NCBI GenBank assembly: GCA_038823825.1
Contig: JAWBCC010000002.1
Location: 180,001-212,000, forward strand
Direction: 5' to 3'
DNA: 32,000 nucleotides
Origin: Candidatus Hadarchaeales archaeon
GTDB lineage: Archaea; Hadarchaeota; Hadarchaeia; Hadarchaeales; Hadarchaeaceae
Both the position numbers and the translations under genes were made by a program. Shown in pieces: positions 9,665-18,225 of this stretch. The notes under the pieces were generated by a model, which was not told the origin of the DNA, did not search any database, and saw only the letters and a program-made list of their open reading frames with translations. The stretch's first letter is position 1. Each line of letters begins with the position of its first letter.

Positions 9665-10021
9665 TGCAATTTTCTCAAGTTTCTCGACCTCGGCTTTTCT
9701 AAAGCCTATGTATATTCCGCCTTCTTTTCCGCCAACCCAAGTTCTAGTTTTTTCGCCGGATGCAAGTACCTCTTTAAGGAGTTCGCATTCAATGATGAGG
9801 AATTTTTCTTTTGTTCCTTCGAATTTTATCACTATCCCCTCGGTTGTTCCCGTTATGTTCAAAAATTTTCCGCTTTCCGCCGGCAGAAGTTCGTTCAGTT
9901 TCTCATGCTCTATGTCGAGATGGGTGACTCTGGCGAGCGAATATCCTTTGACATGTATATATACTTCGGCGTCTTCTAGTTCTAAGGTTTTTTCGTTCTT
10001 CAATAGAACCTTACAGTCCAA
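9623..10021 (-). CDS. Hypothetical protein (no family recognised)
   Basis: This is the only plausible ORF filling 9665-10071. Its K/E/L/I/G-rich composition resembles its neighbours, while the opposite-strand ORF (9708-10055) is S/P-rich shadow. TTG start and no internal Met codon. It overlaps the HAD gene 3' end by 42 nt. Confidence 0.5.
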   Translation of the reverse strand: MDCKVLLKNEKTLELEDAEVYIHVKGYSLARVTHLDIEHEKLNELLPAESGKFLNITGTTEGIVIKFEGTKEKFLIIECELLKEVLASGEKTRTWVGGKEGGIYIGFRKAEVEKLEKIASKRFGIEPRKYVD

Positions 10022-10071
10022 AGGTATCTTTCCTGGAGCTGGACCAGTCAGTTAATCACCCTTTCCTTATC

Positions 10072-10347
10072 TCACCACCTAATTTCAAAATCATCAAATT
10101 CTCCACTGGGCTTTTCCCATATCACTTTGACATCGTCGACCCTTGCAGCGGGCGGACCTCTCTTGCAAAATTCGATCATTCTTTTTACATTTTCCTCATC
10201 ACCCTCGAAAACAGCTTCTACTCTTCCATCGGGCAGATTCCTTACCCAGCCGACTACTTTTAGCTTCCTCGCGAGCCTTTGAACACTATCTCTAAAAAAG
10301 ACCCCCTGAACTCTTCCAGAGATATATAAATGTGCTCTAACAACCAT
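10072..10347 (-). CDS. acyP: Acylphosphatase
   Basis: [22 protein letters not shown]...[12 protein letters not shown] is the acylphosphatase signature. The start was trimmed from 10476 to the ATG at 10347 (91 aa). A TATA box lies 27 nt upstream. Confidence 0.9.
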   Translation of the reverse strand: MVVRAHLYISGRVQGVFFRDSVQRLARKLKVVGWVRNLPDGRVEAVFEGDEENVKRMIEFCKRGPPAARVDDVKVIWEKPSGEFDDFEIRW

Positions 10348-10373
10348 CAATATGTTTTTTGACACAAAACGGG

Positions 10374-10383
10374 TATATATTTG
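10374..10383 (-). promoter_or_regulatory. TATA box (AAATATATAC on the minus strand) of the acyP promoter
   Basis: It is located 27 nt upstream of the acyP ATG (10347), in the 73-nt spacer after the MPG stop. This spacing is consistent with a leaderless mRNA. Confidence 0.5.
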
Positions 10384-10420
10384 CGTTTTGAAAACAAGCC
10401 CCGCGATCCATTTATTAATT

Positions 10421-11020
10421 TCATAGAGCTCTTTTGAATGGCTTTTGTTTGGAGATATAGGGATTCCCACATACAAAAAATCTGAGTTTTCTCTGCAAAT
10501 CTTTCTTCACACCGATTCTATGGGACGAACAGATTTCAAGGTTCTTCAAGCCGATTTCGCAAACAATCAGCGGACTTTCAGGCAAAGTTAAATCCACTCC
10601 ATGAAGTTCTTTCGTTATTTTCATCGCCTCAGTGAGTTTTCCTGGTCCTGATGTGAGTTCCAAAATGTTTTGTACTTGTCTTCTCTTAATCATCAATTCG
10701 ATACCGATTGTAGGTTCGATTGCCCTTATGAGAACTGCTCCGGGGATACCCGGTTTTTCTGTCGTTATGTTGAAAAGCCATTTTCCATGAACCATATAAA
10801 TAAACGCTAACCCTCCCCTGCTCCACATTATCTCGTTCAGTTTTGTTTTCTTTTTCGAAGCTCTCGAGGCCGGATCTCCCTTTCCCAAATAAGCTTCAGT
10901 TTCCACGATTATTCCTCCAGTTTCTCCTTCATCGTCACGATGAAGGAGAAGTTTTCCAAGCAATCCCCTTGCGACTTCCGGAGTTTTCCTCTCGTAAAAT
11001 TCTCGCGGCAATATCTTCAT
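10421..11020 (-). CDS. DNA-3-methyladenine / hypoxanthine DNA glycosylase (AAG/MPG family)
   Basis: [33 protein letters not shown] and a C-terminal [11 protein letters not shown] are typical of the MPG (Pfam PF02245-type) family. ATGA overlap with the upstream udg gene. Confidence 0.88.
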   Translation of the reverse strand: MKILPREFYERKTPEVARGLLGKLLLHRDDEGETGGIIVETEAYLGKGDPASRASKKKTKLNEIMWSRGGLAFIYMVHGKWLFNITTEKPGIPGAVLIRAIEPTIGIELMIKRRQVQNILELTSGPGKLTEAMKITKELHGVDLTLPESPLIVCEIGLKNLEICSSHRIGVKKDLQRKLRFFVCGNPYISKQKPFKRAL

Positions 11021-11562
11021 ACCGCAAGATACTTGTCAAGCGTTTTTGATAATTTTTTAAAATCTTCTTCAAGCTCAGATCTAATCTGAGCTCCGTAAAG
11101 TCCTGCGGCGGGATGATAAGAGAGAAAGAGTTTGAAATCGACTCCGGCGTATTTGCATCTGACGATTTTTCCGTGTTCTTTACTTATGCTGACTGGATAT
11201 CCCAGGAGTTCAGAAGCAGAGATTCTCCCGAGGCTTATCACAAGCTCAGGTCTTATTATCGCAAATTGTTTTTCCAGATATTCTTTTGTACACACGTCGA
11301 TCTCGTCTGTCATAGGCTCGCGATTTCCCGGAGGTCTGCACTTTACGACATTCGTGATGTAAACGGAACTCCGTTCTATCCCGGCGAGTTTGAGGAGCTC
11401 CGTGAGCAGCTGTCCGGCAGCCCCGACAAATGGTCTTCCTTGTTTATCTTCATTGAACCCGGGTGCTTCTCCTACCAGCATTATCTTGGTGTTGATCGGG
11501 CCTTCTCCTGGAACTACGTTTGTTCTTGTTTTGTGAAGCCTGCAGAGTCTGCAGTTTTTCAT
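11017..11562 (-). CDS. udg: Uracil-DNA glycosylase, family 4 (Fe-S type)
   Basis: Motif A GEAPGFNED and motif B SYHPAA. The Cys pattern is CRLC ... KCRPP-x15-C, consistent with the family-4 4Fe-4S cluster. Confidence 0.92.
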   Translation of the reverse strand: MKNCRLCRLHKTRTNVVPGEGPINTKIMLVGEAPGFNEDKQGRPFVGAAGQLLTELLKLAGIERSSVYITNVVKCRPPGNREPMTDEIDVCTKEYLEKQFAIIRPELVISLGRISASELLGYPVSISKEHGKIVRCKYAGVDFKLFLSYHPAAGLYGAQIRSELEEDFKKLSKTLDKYLAV

Positions 11563-12104
11563 TCTTTGTTCGAGTTCTTCCGTAGGAATCCCCCGAAGAT
11601 CTGCTCAAGCTTTCCGTGAACGCGTTTAAGAGCCAAAAGATCCTCTCTGCAATGCTGAACGATCTGTCTGCGGGCCTCGAAATTTCCCCTACTTGACATT
11701 TTGAAGAGTGTCCCAACGTCTGCCCCTGAGAAGTTACCCGCTTCCCAAACTCCGAGAAACTTTGCCACAGCCTGCAGACTATTGCTTGAGAGCAGGAGTT
11801 TCGCCTTGCACCACTCGCAAAGATCAAGCATTGGGATCTCCTCAAGCTGGCTCATGTCTAGACCGTGCACAATCCCGCGGGTTATCAAGAATGGGATGTC
11901 AAATCCAGAGCCATACCAAGTGATGATCAGCTCACAGTCTTTCAGCTTATCCTTTAACCAAAGCAAAATTCTTTTCTCTTCTTCTAGAGTCTCCGCAAAC
12001 ACAACTTCTGGTTCGTCTCCGGTCAAAACCCCTATGGCTATGATCATCCCTTCATCGGCTTTCCGCGAAGTAGTCTCGATGTCAAGATAAAGAGTCTTCA
12101 TCAT
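11559..12104 (-). CDS. RNase H-like / DEDD-type 3'-5' exonuclease domain protein (YprB-like)
   Basis: Exo I LYLDIETT, Exo II-like WYGSGFDIPFL, and Exo III-like HCREDLLAL. ATGA overlap with udg. It starts 1 nt after the yjbQ stop. Confidence 0.7.
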   Translation of the reverse strand: MMKTLYLDIETTSRKADEGMIIAIGVLTGDEPEVVFAETLEEEKRILLWLKDKLKDCELIITWYGSGFDIPFLITRGIVHGLDMSQLEEIPMLDLCEWCKAKLLLSSNSLQAVAKFLGVWEAGNFSGADVGTLFKMSSRGNFEARRQIVQHCREDLLALKRVHGKLEQIFGGFLRKNSNKE

Positions 12105-12105
12105 C

Positions 12106-12516
12106 TCATTCTCCTATGACCATAACAACACATCTTCTGGTTCTTGGTCCGTCTTCCTCGATCACTAGAAAGTTTTGCCAAGTTCCTCTGACAATCTCTC
12201 CGTTGATCACTGGAAGAATCTTGGACGAGCCAATCAAGGCAGATTTTATATGCGCATGAGCGTTGTCATCTATTCTGTCGTGTAAGTAGTCGCCTCTTAC
12301 GGGCACGATCTCGTCCAGCTGGTTGAGAATGTCCTGCTCAAGTCCACTTTCACTCTCGTTGAGGACGAGTGATGCCGTTGCGTGAGGAAGCTGGACTATC
12401 AACAGTCCGTTTTTTATTCCAGATTCTTTTACGAGTTTCACGATTTCGTGGGTTATGTCAACAATTTCCCGCCTTTCTCTGGTTCTAAATGAAAATTCTT
12501 TATGCCACACCTTCAT
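12106..12516 (-). CDS. YjbQ/UPF0047 family protein (secondary thiamine-phosphate synthase-like)
   Basis: REIVDITHEI...LPHATASLVLNESESGL..D...DDNAHAHIKS matches the UPF0047 signature. The ATG at 12516 is preferred over the TTG at 12525. Confidence 0.85.
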   Translation of the reverse strand: MKVWHKEFSFRTRERREIVDITHEIVKLVKESGIKNGLLIVQLPHATASLVLNESESGLEQDILNQLDEIVPVRGDYLHDRIDDNAHAHIKSALIGSSKILPVINGEIVRGTWQNFLVIEEDGPRTRRCVVMVIGE

Positions 12517-12543
12517 GCCACTCAAAACGAAAAATGCTCGTAT

Positions 12544-12553
12544 CTTATTTAAT
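12544..12553. promoter_or_regulatory. AT-rich TATA-like box (CTTATTTAAT) in the yjbQ / epimerase divergent spacer
   Basis: It sits in the centre of the 61-nt spacer, 28 nt from the yjbQ ATG (12516) and 25 nt from the epimerase ATG (12578). The epimerase also has a long purine SD, GAGGAGGGGAGGGGTGG. Confidence 0.4.
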
Positions 12554-12577
12554 CCTTAAAGAGGAGGGGAGGGGTGG

Positions 12578-13504
12578 ATGAAAGTATTGGTCACTGGTGG
12601 CGCGGGGTTTATAGGTTCCCATCTCGTCGAGGGTTTGTTGAGTAGGGGATACGAGGTTGTTGTCTTAGACGATTTTTCATCAGGAAAGATCTCAAACCTT
12701 CCAGTTAACATCGGTGAGGATAAACTTCGAATCATTCGAGGAGATGTCAGAAATCGGTTGGATGTGAGAAGAGCAATGGGGGGAGTTTTCGGGGTTATTC
12801 ACACAGCAGCGATTGTGAGTGTCCCATTCTCGGTAGAAAATCCGGAAGTGTCGTGGGATGTCAATGTCGAGGGCACCCGCAATGTTCTGGAGGAAGCCGC
12901 AGTCGAGGGTGTTGAAAAGTTTGTTTTTATATCCTCTTGTGCAGTTTACGGAGAATCTCCAAACCTACCGATTCCCGAATCTAAACCACCATCTCCGCTA
13001 TCCCCCTATGCAAAAACAAAATTAGAAGGGGAGAGGCTCTGTATAAATTTCAGCAAGGGCGGTTTACCAGTTGTAATTCTTCGTTATTTCAACGTTTACG
13101 GGCCACGTCAGCCACCCGGCGAATATGCAGGAGTTATGGTGAAGTTTGCAGAAAAAATAAAAGCCGGAGAACCACCCGTGATTTATGGGGATGGTAAACA
13201 AACAAGAGATTTCATTTTTGTTTCAGATGTGGTTCGTGCAACACTTATGGCGTTTGACAAAATGCCGAAAGGAGAAATAATAAACATCGGAAGCGGAAAG
13301 GCGACAACGATAAACGAGTTGTGTCGCATCTTTCTTAAGTTGTCAGGCAAGGAAAACCTCAAACCGATTCACGCTCCTCCTCGTCCTATGGACATAAGAC
13401 ATAGCTGGGCAGATATTTCGAAGGCTTCCGAATTGTTGGGTTTTAAACCGGAAATCGAAATTGAAGATGGTGTTCGCCGCTTCCTCCGGGAGGTTTGTTT
13501 GTGA
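12578..13504 (+). CDS. NAD-dependent nucleotide-sugar epimerase/dehydratase (GalE-like SDR)
   Basis: Rossmann motif VTGGAGFIGSHL and catalytic SPYAKTK (YxxxK). Length is 308 aa. Confidence 0.88.
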   Translation: MKVLVTGGAGFIGSHLVEGLLSRGYEVVVLDDFSSGKISNLPVNIGEDKLRIIRGDVRNRLDVRRAMGGVFGVIHTAAIVSVPFSVENPEVSWDVNVEGTRNVLEEAAVEGVEKFVFISSCAVYGESPNLPIPESKPPSPLSPYAKTKLEGERLCINFSKGGLPVVILRYFNVYGPRQPPGEYAGVMVKFAEKIKAGEPPVIYGDGKQTRDFIFVSDVVRATLMAFDKMPKGEIINIGSGKATTINELCRIFLKLSGKENLKPIHAPPRPMDIRHSWADISKASELLGFKPEIEIEDGVRRFLREVCL

Positions 13505-14169
13505 ATATCTGGATAGTCATTCCAGCTTACAACGAAGAGAAGACGATTGGAGATGTGATAGATTCTCTGAAGGAAAAGGGTTGGAAGAATATAATAGTGG
13601 TGAACGATGGTTCAAAAGACCGTACCGCCGAAATTGCAAAATCGAAAGAAGCAGTTGTTATCTCACATCCTAAGAATATGGGACTCGGGGCAGCCTTGAG
13701 GTCCGGTCTATCTAAGGCACTTGAATTAGGTGCGGATATCGCCGTGACCTTTGACGCCGATGGTCAGCATGACGTATCAGATGTGAAAAAGCTGGTGGAA
13801 GCAGCGAATCATGCAGATCTCGTCATAGGTTATAGACGGATGATAGACATCCCGTTGAACAAGAAGATTGGAAACTTCGTTTTAAACGTTGTCACGAGAG
13901 TGCTTGGGGGACCCTTCACGGATTCGCAGTCTGGTTTGCGTGCCTTGAACAGGCGGGCTCTTCAAAAGATAAAGATAACCTGCGAAAGATATGCAGTATC
14001 TTCCGAAATCCTGATAAGGGCAAGAAAGTCTGGGCTTCGAATATCCGAAGTCCCAGCGATATGCAGGTTTTCTGAATATTCCAAGAAGAAAGGGACGACC
14101 ATCGCCAGTGGCATAAGGATTCTCCTTCATCTGCTTAGGCTAAGGGCTTTCATGATTTCCGGAGGTTAA
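13501..14169 (+). CDS. Family 2 glycosyltransferase (dolichyl-phosphate sugar synthase-like)
   Basis: IPAYNEE, VNDGSKDRT and FDADGQHD are GT-A/GT2 motifs. The GTG at 13501 overlaps the epimerase TGA (GTGA), with GGGAGGT 8 nt upstream. The ORF track uses the TTG at 13495. Confidence 0.85.
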   Translation: MNIWIVIPAYNEEKTIGDVIDSLKEKGWKNIIVVNDGSKDRTAEIAKSKEAVVISHPKNMGLGAALRSGLSKALELGADIAVTFDADGQHDVSDVKKLVEAANHADLVIGYRRMIDIPLNKKIGNFVLNVVTRVLGGPFTDSQSGLRALNRRALQKIKITCERYAVSSEILIRARKSGLRISEVPAICRFSEYSKKKGTTIASGIRILLHLLRLRAFMISGG

Positions 14170-14175
14170 ACGCGA

Positions 14176-16143
14176 TCAAAGGATGTGAGGTAGAAAGAGA
14201 AGGGCGGTCATAGCCATTAGCTTTATCAGAATGTTTAAAGATGGTCCAGCAGTATCTTTGAAAGGATCCCCAACGGTATCTCCGACCACGGCGGCAGCGT
14301 GGGCATCGCTTCCCTTTCCTCCAAAGTTTCCCTCTTCAATGTATTTTTTCGCGTTGTCCCATGCTCCGCCGGAGTTTGCGAGGGTTAAGGCGAGCATGAG
14401 TCCCACCGTCGTGCTCCCAGCCAACAGCCCAGCCACGGATTCCGGTCCTAGAAGGAGACCAAGTATGATGGGCGAAAGTACGGCGATGGAAGCTGGAAGC
14501 GCCATGTTTCTAAGAGCCACACGAGTGCTGATCGTTATGCATCGGTTATAGTCTGGTTTCTTCTTTCCACTCATAATAGCCGGATCTCTGAACTGTCTTC
14601 GCACTTCTTCAACCATCATATATGCTCCTTTACCAACAGCAGACATTGTGAGCGCGCAGAAGAGGAAAGGCAGGGCTCCGCCAATGAAGAGTCCAGCTAC
14701 CACATTCGGTTCTGTTATTGTCAAAGCCAACTGGAACCCTTTTTCCCTCATCGTGTGAACATATGCGGCGAAGAGAGCGAGAGCCGTGAGGGCGGCGGAT
14801 CCTATCGCGAATCCCTTTCCTATCGCTGCCGTTGTGTTCCCAACGGCGTCAAGCTTTTCCGTTCTCTCTCTCACCTCTTGTCCGGCTCCGGTCATCTGAG
14901 CAATTCCAGCAGCATTGTCTGCAACGGGACCGTAGCAGTCTGCTGCTAGCGTGATTCCGAGGGTGCTGAGCATGCCAACACCGGCGATCGCGATCCCGTA
15001 AAGCTCTTGATATTGATAAGAGATGAGCAGCGCGGCGGATATCGTTATCACGGGAATGAAAACGCTCATCATTCCCGTGGAGAAACCGGTCAGAAGGTTT
15101 GTTGCAGCCCCAGTTTTGGAAGCTTCTGCTATGCGTCTGGTCGGACCAAATCTGCTTTCAGTGTAATATTCGGCCGTCAATCCGACGATTATTCCAGCAA
15201 TTATCCCGCTAAGAAACGGAAAGAAAGGCCGAACGTTTTCCACGATTCTCAGAGTGAGGAGAAAAGCAATAGCAGATGTTAAGATAGCGGCTGTGAAGAT
15301 ACCTCTGTTCATCGCTGAATGTAGAGCCCCTATATCTGCTTTTTTTCCTCCCCTCACGAGAAATGAGCCGATGATCGAGCATATTATTCCGACAGCCGCA
15401 TAGAGGAAGGGAAGCGATACATACTCGTGCCCCAACACAAACCCAAGCGTTATCGCACTTATGATGGACCCTACATAAGACTCAAAGAGGTCTGCCCCCA
15501 TTCCGGCAACATCCCCAACGTTGTCTCCAACATTATCTGCGATGACTGCAGGATTTCTTGGATCATCTTCAGGAATCTTTTTTTCGATTTTTCCAACGAG
15601 ATCGGCGCCCATATCTGCCGATTTGGTGTATATGCCTCCGCCAACACGGGCGAAAAGAGCAATCGAGCTGGCTCCAAATCCAAATCCAACGGCAGTGCTC
15701 ACATTTTTAGTTAGGAGATAGATGATGCCTAACCCAGTTAACCCAAGTCCTACAACACACATACCCATGACGAGTCCACTTGCAAAAGCCATGCTTAATC
15801 CTTCTCCGATGCTTCTTTTTGAGGCTTCTGTTGTTCTCGCGTTAGCTTTCGTTGCTATTCTCATTCCTATATTCCCGGCCAAGGCAGAGCAAAGGCCGCC
15901 AAGCAAAAAACTCATGGCAATTTTTATGTCTATCCATGTCAAAACAGCAAAAACCACAATCGCGTAAGCAACGATTATTTTATATTCTTGATTAAGGAAA
16001 GTGAGCGCTCCTCTATAGATTATCTCGGAGATTTCCCGCATTTTCCAGTTTTCAACTTTGTGTTTGAGAATGATCAACGCCCGTATAGTTGCATAAACCA
16101 AAGCAACAACCCCAGTTAGAACGGAGAGAAGAATGTAATCCAA
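14176..16143 (-). CDS. hppA: Membrane-bound ion-translocating pyrophosphatase, K+-dependent subtype
   Basis: [37 protein letters not shown] and [10 protein letters not shown] are present. [10 protein letters not shown] carries Ala at the established A/K determinant of K+ dependence. TTG start lies 3 nt after the PIN gene stop. Confidence 0.93.
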   Translation of the reverse strand: MDYILLSVLTGVVALVYATIRALIILKHKVENWKMREISEIIYRGALTFLNQEYKIIVAYAIVVFAVLTWIDIKIAMSFLLGGLCSALAGNIGMRIATKANARTTEASKRSIGEGLSMAFASGLVMGMCVVGLGLTGLGIIYLLTKNVSTAVGFGFGASSIALFARVGGGIYTKSADMGADLVGKIEKKIPEDDPRNPAVIADNVGDNVGDVAGMGADLFESYVGSIISAITLGFVLGHEYVSLPFLYAAVGIICSIIGSFLVRGGKKADIGALHSAMNRGIFTAAILTSAIAFLLTLRIVENVRPFFPFLSGIIAGIIVGLTAEYYTESRFGPTRRIAEASKTGAATNLLTGFSTGMMSVFIPVITISAALLISYQYQELYGIAIAGVGMLSTLGITLAADCYGPVADNAAGIAQMTGAGQEVRERTEKLDAVGNTTAAIGKGFAIGSAALTALALFAAYVHTMREKGFQLALTITEPNVVAGLFIGGALPFLFCALTMSAVGKGAYMMVEEVRRQFRDPAIMSGKKKPDYNRCITISTRVALRNMALPASIAVLSPIILGLLLGPESVAGLLAGSTTVGLMLALTLANSGGAWDNAKKYIEEGNFGGKGSDAHAAAVVGDTVGDPFKDTAGPSLNILIKLMAMTALLFLPHIL

Positions 16144-16146
16144 ATT

Positions 16147-16557
16147 TCATCCCTCCATATAACCTTCAACTTCTAAATGGTTCCTCTGGCGTAAAAATAT
16201 TGTAGGAATACCCATTCTTCTCAATTTTTTTCTGAGTTCTCTGTCTCCAGTACCTACCGCTCTTTTAGCGGCTAGTTTGATTATGACCTCATCCGCCGGA
16301 CCGTCAGCCTTTATCACCTTTCCCCACTTTTTCACGATTTCCAGAGCGATTCTTGCTGCGGCTCTTTCTTTAGCGCTCTTCTTTTCAGCGATTCTCTCCA
16401 ACTCTCCGACCACCGCTGTCGGAACCAAGAGTACAAACTTGCCCTCTGTCACTCTTTCAAGTTCATCGATTATGTTCACCCCATACATTCCCGGAATCAT
16501 CAAAAAGCTCGTGTCAGCAACGACCTCGATCTTCCTTTTGTTAGATAATGACGCCAT
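16147..16557 (-). CDS. PIN-domain protein (Fcf1/Utp24-like, archaeal COG1412-type)
   Basis: VVADTSFLMIP...LLVPTAVVGELERIA is a PIN acidic-residue pattern. Its position just downstream of aIF2-gamma is conserved in archaea. The 17-nt overlap with the aIF2-gamma 3' end is visible in the sequence. Confidence 0.75.
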   Translation of the reverse strand: MASLSNKRKIEVVADTSFLMIPGMYGVNIIDELERVTEGKFVLLVPTAVVGELERIAEKKSAKERAAARIALEIVKKWGKVIKADGPADEVIIKLAAKRAVGTGDRELRKKLRRMGIPTIFLRQRNHLEVEGYMEG

Positions 16558-17755
16558 ACCCTATCAAACGCCACTTGTTTGCAACTCTTCTGCTGATTGC
16601 TACTCTCCATCCTCTTTCCGCGCATACCGGATATTTCAGACTGACGGTGATCCTTTCTCCTTTGATGTGTGTTATTATACCACTCCTAGTGGCAGTTCCG
16701 ATGTTCACCATCAAAGGCTCGTTCATCGTCAGTGGTTTGACCTCCATCTCCTCCGACAACCCAACAACTCTTTCAAGCAACTTGACTTCGAATTCGATTT
16801 TATCCAAAACTTCAGGCAAGTGTTCGCGAGATCCAAGGACAGACCCCACCAAAGCATCAGCTTTTGTCAGTGAAGGATCCAAATCGGTTCCAACTCCAAT
16901 AAGCCCACCAGGCCCCGCTTCTTCAAGTGGTTCACCCATCGCCTGAAGACTTACGACATTTGTCTCAAGCGGCTGCCAGTATGTTTTTCCACTCTTGGTT
17001 ATTTCAATACCTGGGGCGATCTTTATTTCGTCTCCAATTTTTAGCTTTCCTTGGGTAAGACTTCCTCCGACAATCCCACCAACCAATTTCTCCGGTGGTG
17101 TACCAGGTTTGTTGACATCAAATGATCTTGCCACAAACATCAGCGGAGGCTTAGTTGGGTCTCGCTGTGGAGTTGGTATATATTTTTCTATTGCCTCAAT
17201 GAGCTTATCGATATTCGCCTTGTGTATGGCGGAAACTGGAATTACTGGGGCTTCCGAATATCCCATCTCGTCTAGGAATTTTCTTATTTGCTGGTAATTC
17301 TCTATGACCTTTTCTTTTGGCACAAGCTCGATTTTGTTCTGTGCCACAACTACATTTTTTACTCCTATAATTTTCAGAGCCATGAGATGTTCTTTGGTCT
17401 GTGGTTGAGGACATTTCTCGTTTGCAGCGATCACCAAAACCGCTCCGTCAACTATCGCGGCTCCAGATAGCATCGTCGCCATCAACATCTCGTGACCTGG
17501 AGCGTCAACGAAGGAAACTCTACGTTTCTCAACAGTCTTTTTCCCGCAATATGGGCAGATTTTGCTCGTAGAATACCGCTCACAGGCCAGACAAAAGTAG
17601 AAAATGGTATCCGCGTATCCGAGCTTTATCGTTATTCCCCTCTTCAACTCTTCACTGTGAGTATCCGTCCATATTCCTGTGAGCGCCTCCGTCAGCGTTG
17701 TTTTGCCATGGTCTATGTGTCCAACCATCCCTATGTTTACCTTAGCCTGCGGCAT
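16541..17755 (-). CDS. eif2g: Translation initiation factor aIF2 gamma subunit
   Basis: G1 GHIDHGKTTL, a Zn-knuckle (CLACERYSTSKICPYCG), DAPGHE and NKIE. Length is 404 aa. Confidence 0.95.
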   Translation of the reverse strand: MPQAKVNIGMVGHIDHGKTTLTEALTGIWTDTHSEELKRGITIKLGYADTIFYFCLACERYSTSKICPYCGKKTVEKRRVSFVDAPGHEMLMATMLSGAAIVDGAVLVIAANEKCPQPQTKEHLMALKIIGVKNVVVAQNKIELVPKEKVIENYQQIRKFLDEMGYSEAPVIPVSAIHKANIDKLIEAIEKYIPTPQRDPTKPPLMFVARSFDVNKPGTPPEKLVGGIVGGSLTQGKLKIGDEIKIAPGIEITKSGKTYWQPLETNVVSLQAMGEPLEEAGPGGLIGVGTDLDPSLTKADALVGSVLGSREHLPEVLDKIEFEVKLLERVVGLSEEMEVKPLTMNEPLMVNIGTATRSGIITHIKGERITVSLKYPVCAERGWRVAISRRVANKWRLIGYGVII

Positions 17756-17804
17756 TTACCTTCCCCTTTAACAATACGCTTGAGCTATCCAAAAAAGCAA
17801 GATG

Positions 17805-18185
17805 TTATCCCTCTTTTGGTTTGAATATTTCGTCCAAGGGTTTCTCTCCATATTTTGTGATTTTTGTGTTCACTTGGACGATTGCCTCAGAGATCTGGTT
17901 CCCTCGGACATATTTCCTTCTTCTTTCACCTTTTTTCTTAGGTCGAAATCCTGGCGGGCCCGAGAGCAAAACTTTTTTTCTCCCAGCTCCCGTAACATCT
18001 CGTCTCATCGGGAACCCGTCTTTGTCGGAGCCACCGGTAATCTGCAACTCATAACCTGGTAAACCAAGCAGATTCCCGTCTATTTTATCACCTATCTTCA
18101 TTCCGATCAACTTTTTGCTCTCCGCCTCTCCAAGCTCAATCTGGTAGCTCTTGCCAGTTTTTGGATCAGATATGACGATTTTCAT
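17805..18185 (-). CDS. rps6e: 30S ribosomal protein S6e
   Basis: [18 protein letters not shown]...[13 protein letters not shown] is present. The ATG at 18185 is preferred over the TTG at 18212 given in the ORF track. Confidence 0.93.
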   Translation of the reverse strand: MKIVISDPKTGKSYQIELGEAESKKLIGMKIGDKIDGNLLGLPGYELQITGGSDKDGFPMRRDVTGAGRKKVLLSGPPGFRPKKKGERRRKYVRGNQISEAIVQVNTKITKYGEKPLDEIFKPKEG

Positions 18186-18225
18186 AGCTTCTCTCCGTTC
18201 TTGAACCTCCAAGTTTTTATATTTA

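Noticed and set aside
12561-12577. G-rich tract GAGGAGGGGAGGGGTGG, as a possible G-quadruplex.
   Set aside because: The G-runs are short (2-4 nt), and the tract sits exactly where the epimerase Shine-Dalgarno is expected. An extended SD is the simpler explanation.
16277-16873. Long antisense ORFs in the track: 16277-16873 (+, 198 aa), 19667-20269 (+, 200 aa), 28979-29596 (-, 205 aa), 11113-11619 (+, 168 aa), 25857-26285 (-, 142 aa) and 30786-31298 (-, 170 aa).
   Set aside because: All are nested opposite genes with strong family signatures (PIN/aIF2-gamma, aIF5B, SecF-like, UDG4, HMGCS, SecD-like). Their S/P/R/C-rich, low-complexity composition is typical of shadow ORFs, and none has an independent SD or promoter.
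17791-17796. T6 tract (minus strand) 9 nt after the rps6e stop, as a terminator separating rps6e from aIF2-gamma.
   Set aside because: Only about 35 nt remain before the aIF2-gamma ATG, and they contain no convincing TATA box at the proper distance. Read-through co-transcription is at least as likely, and the sequence alone cannot decide.
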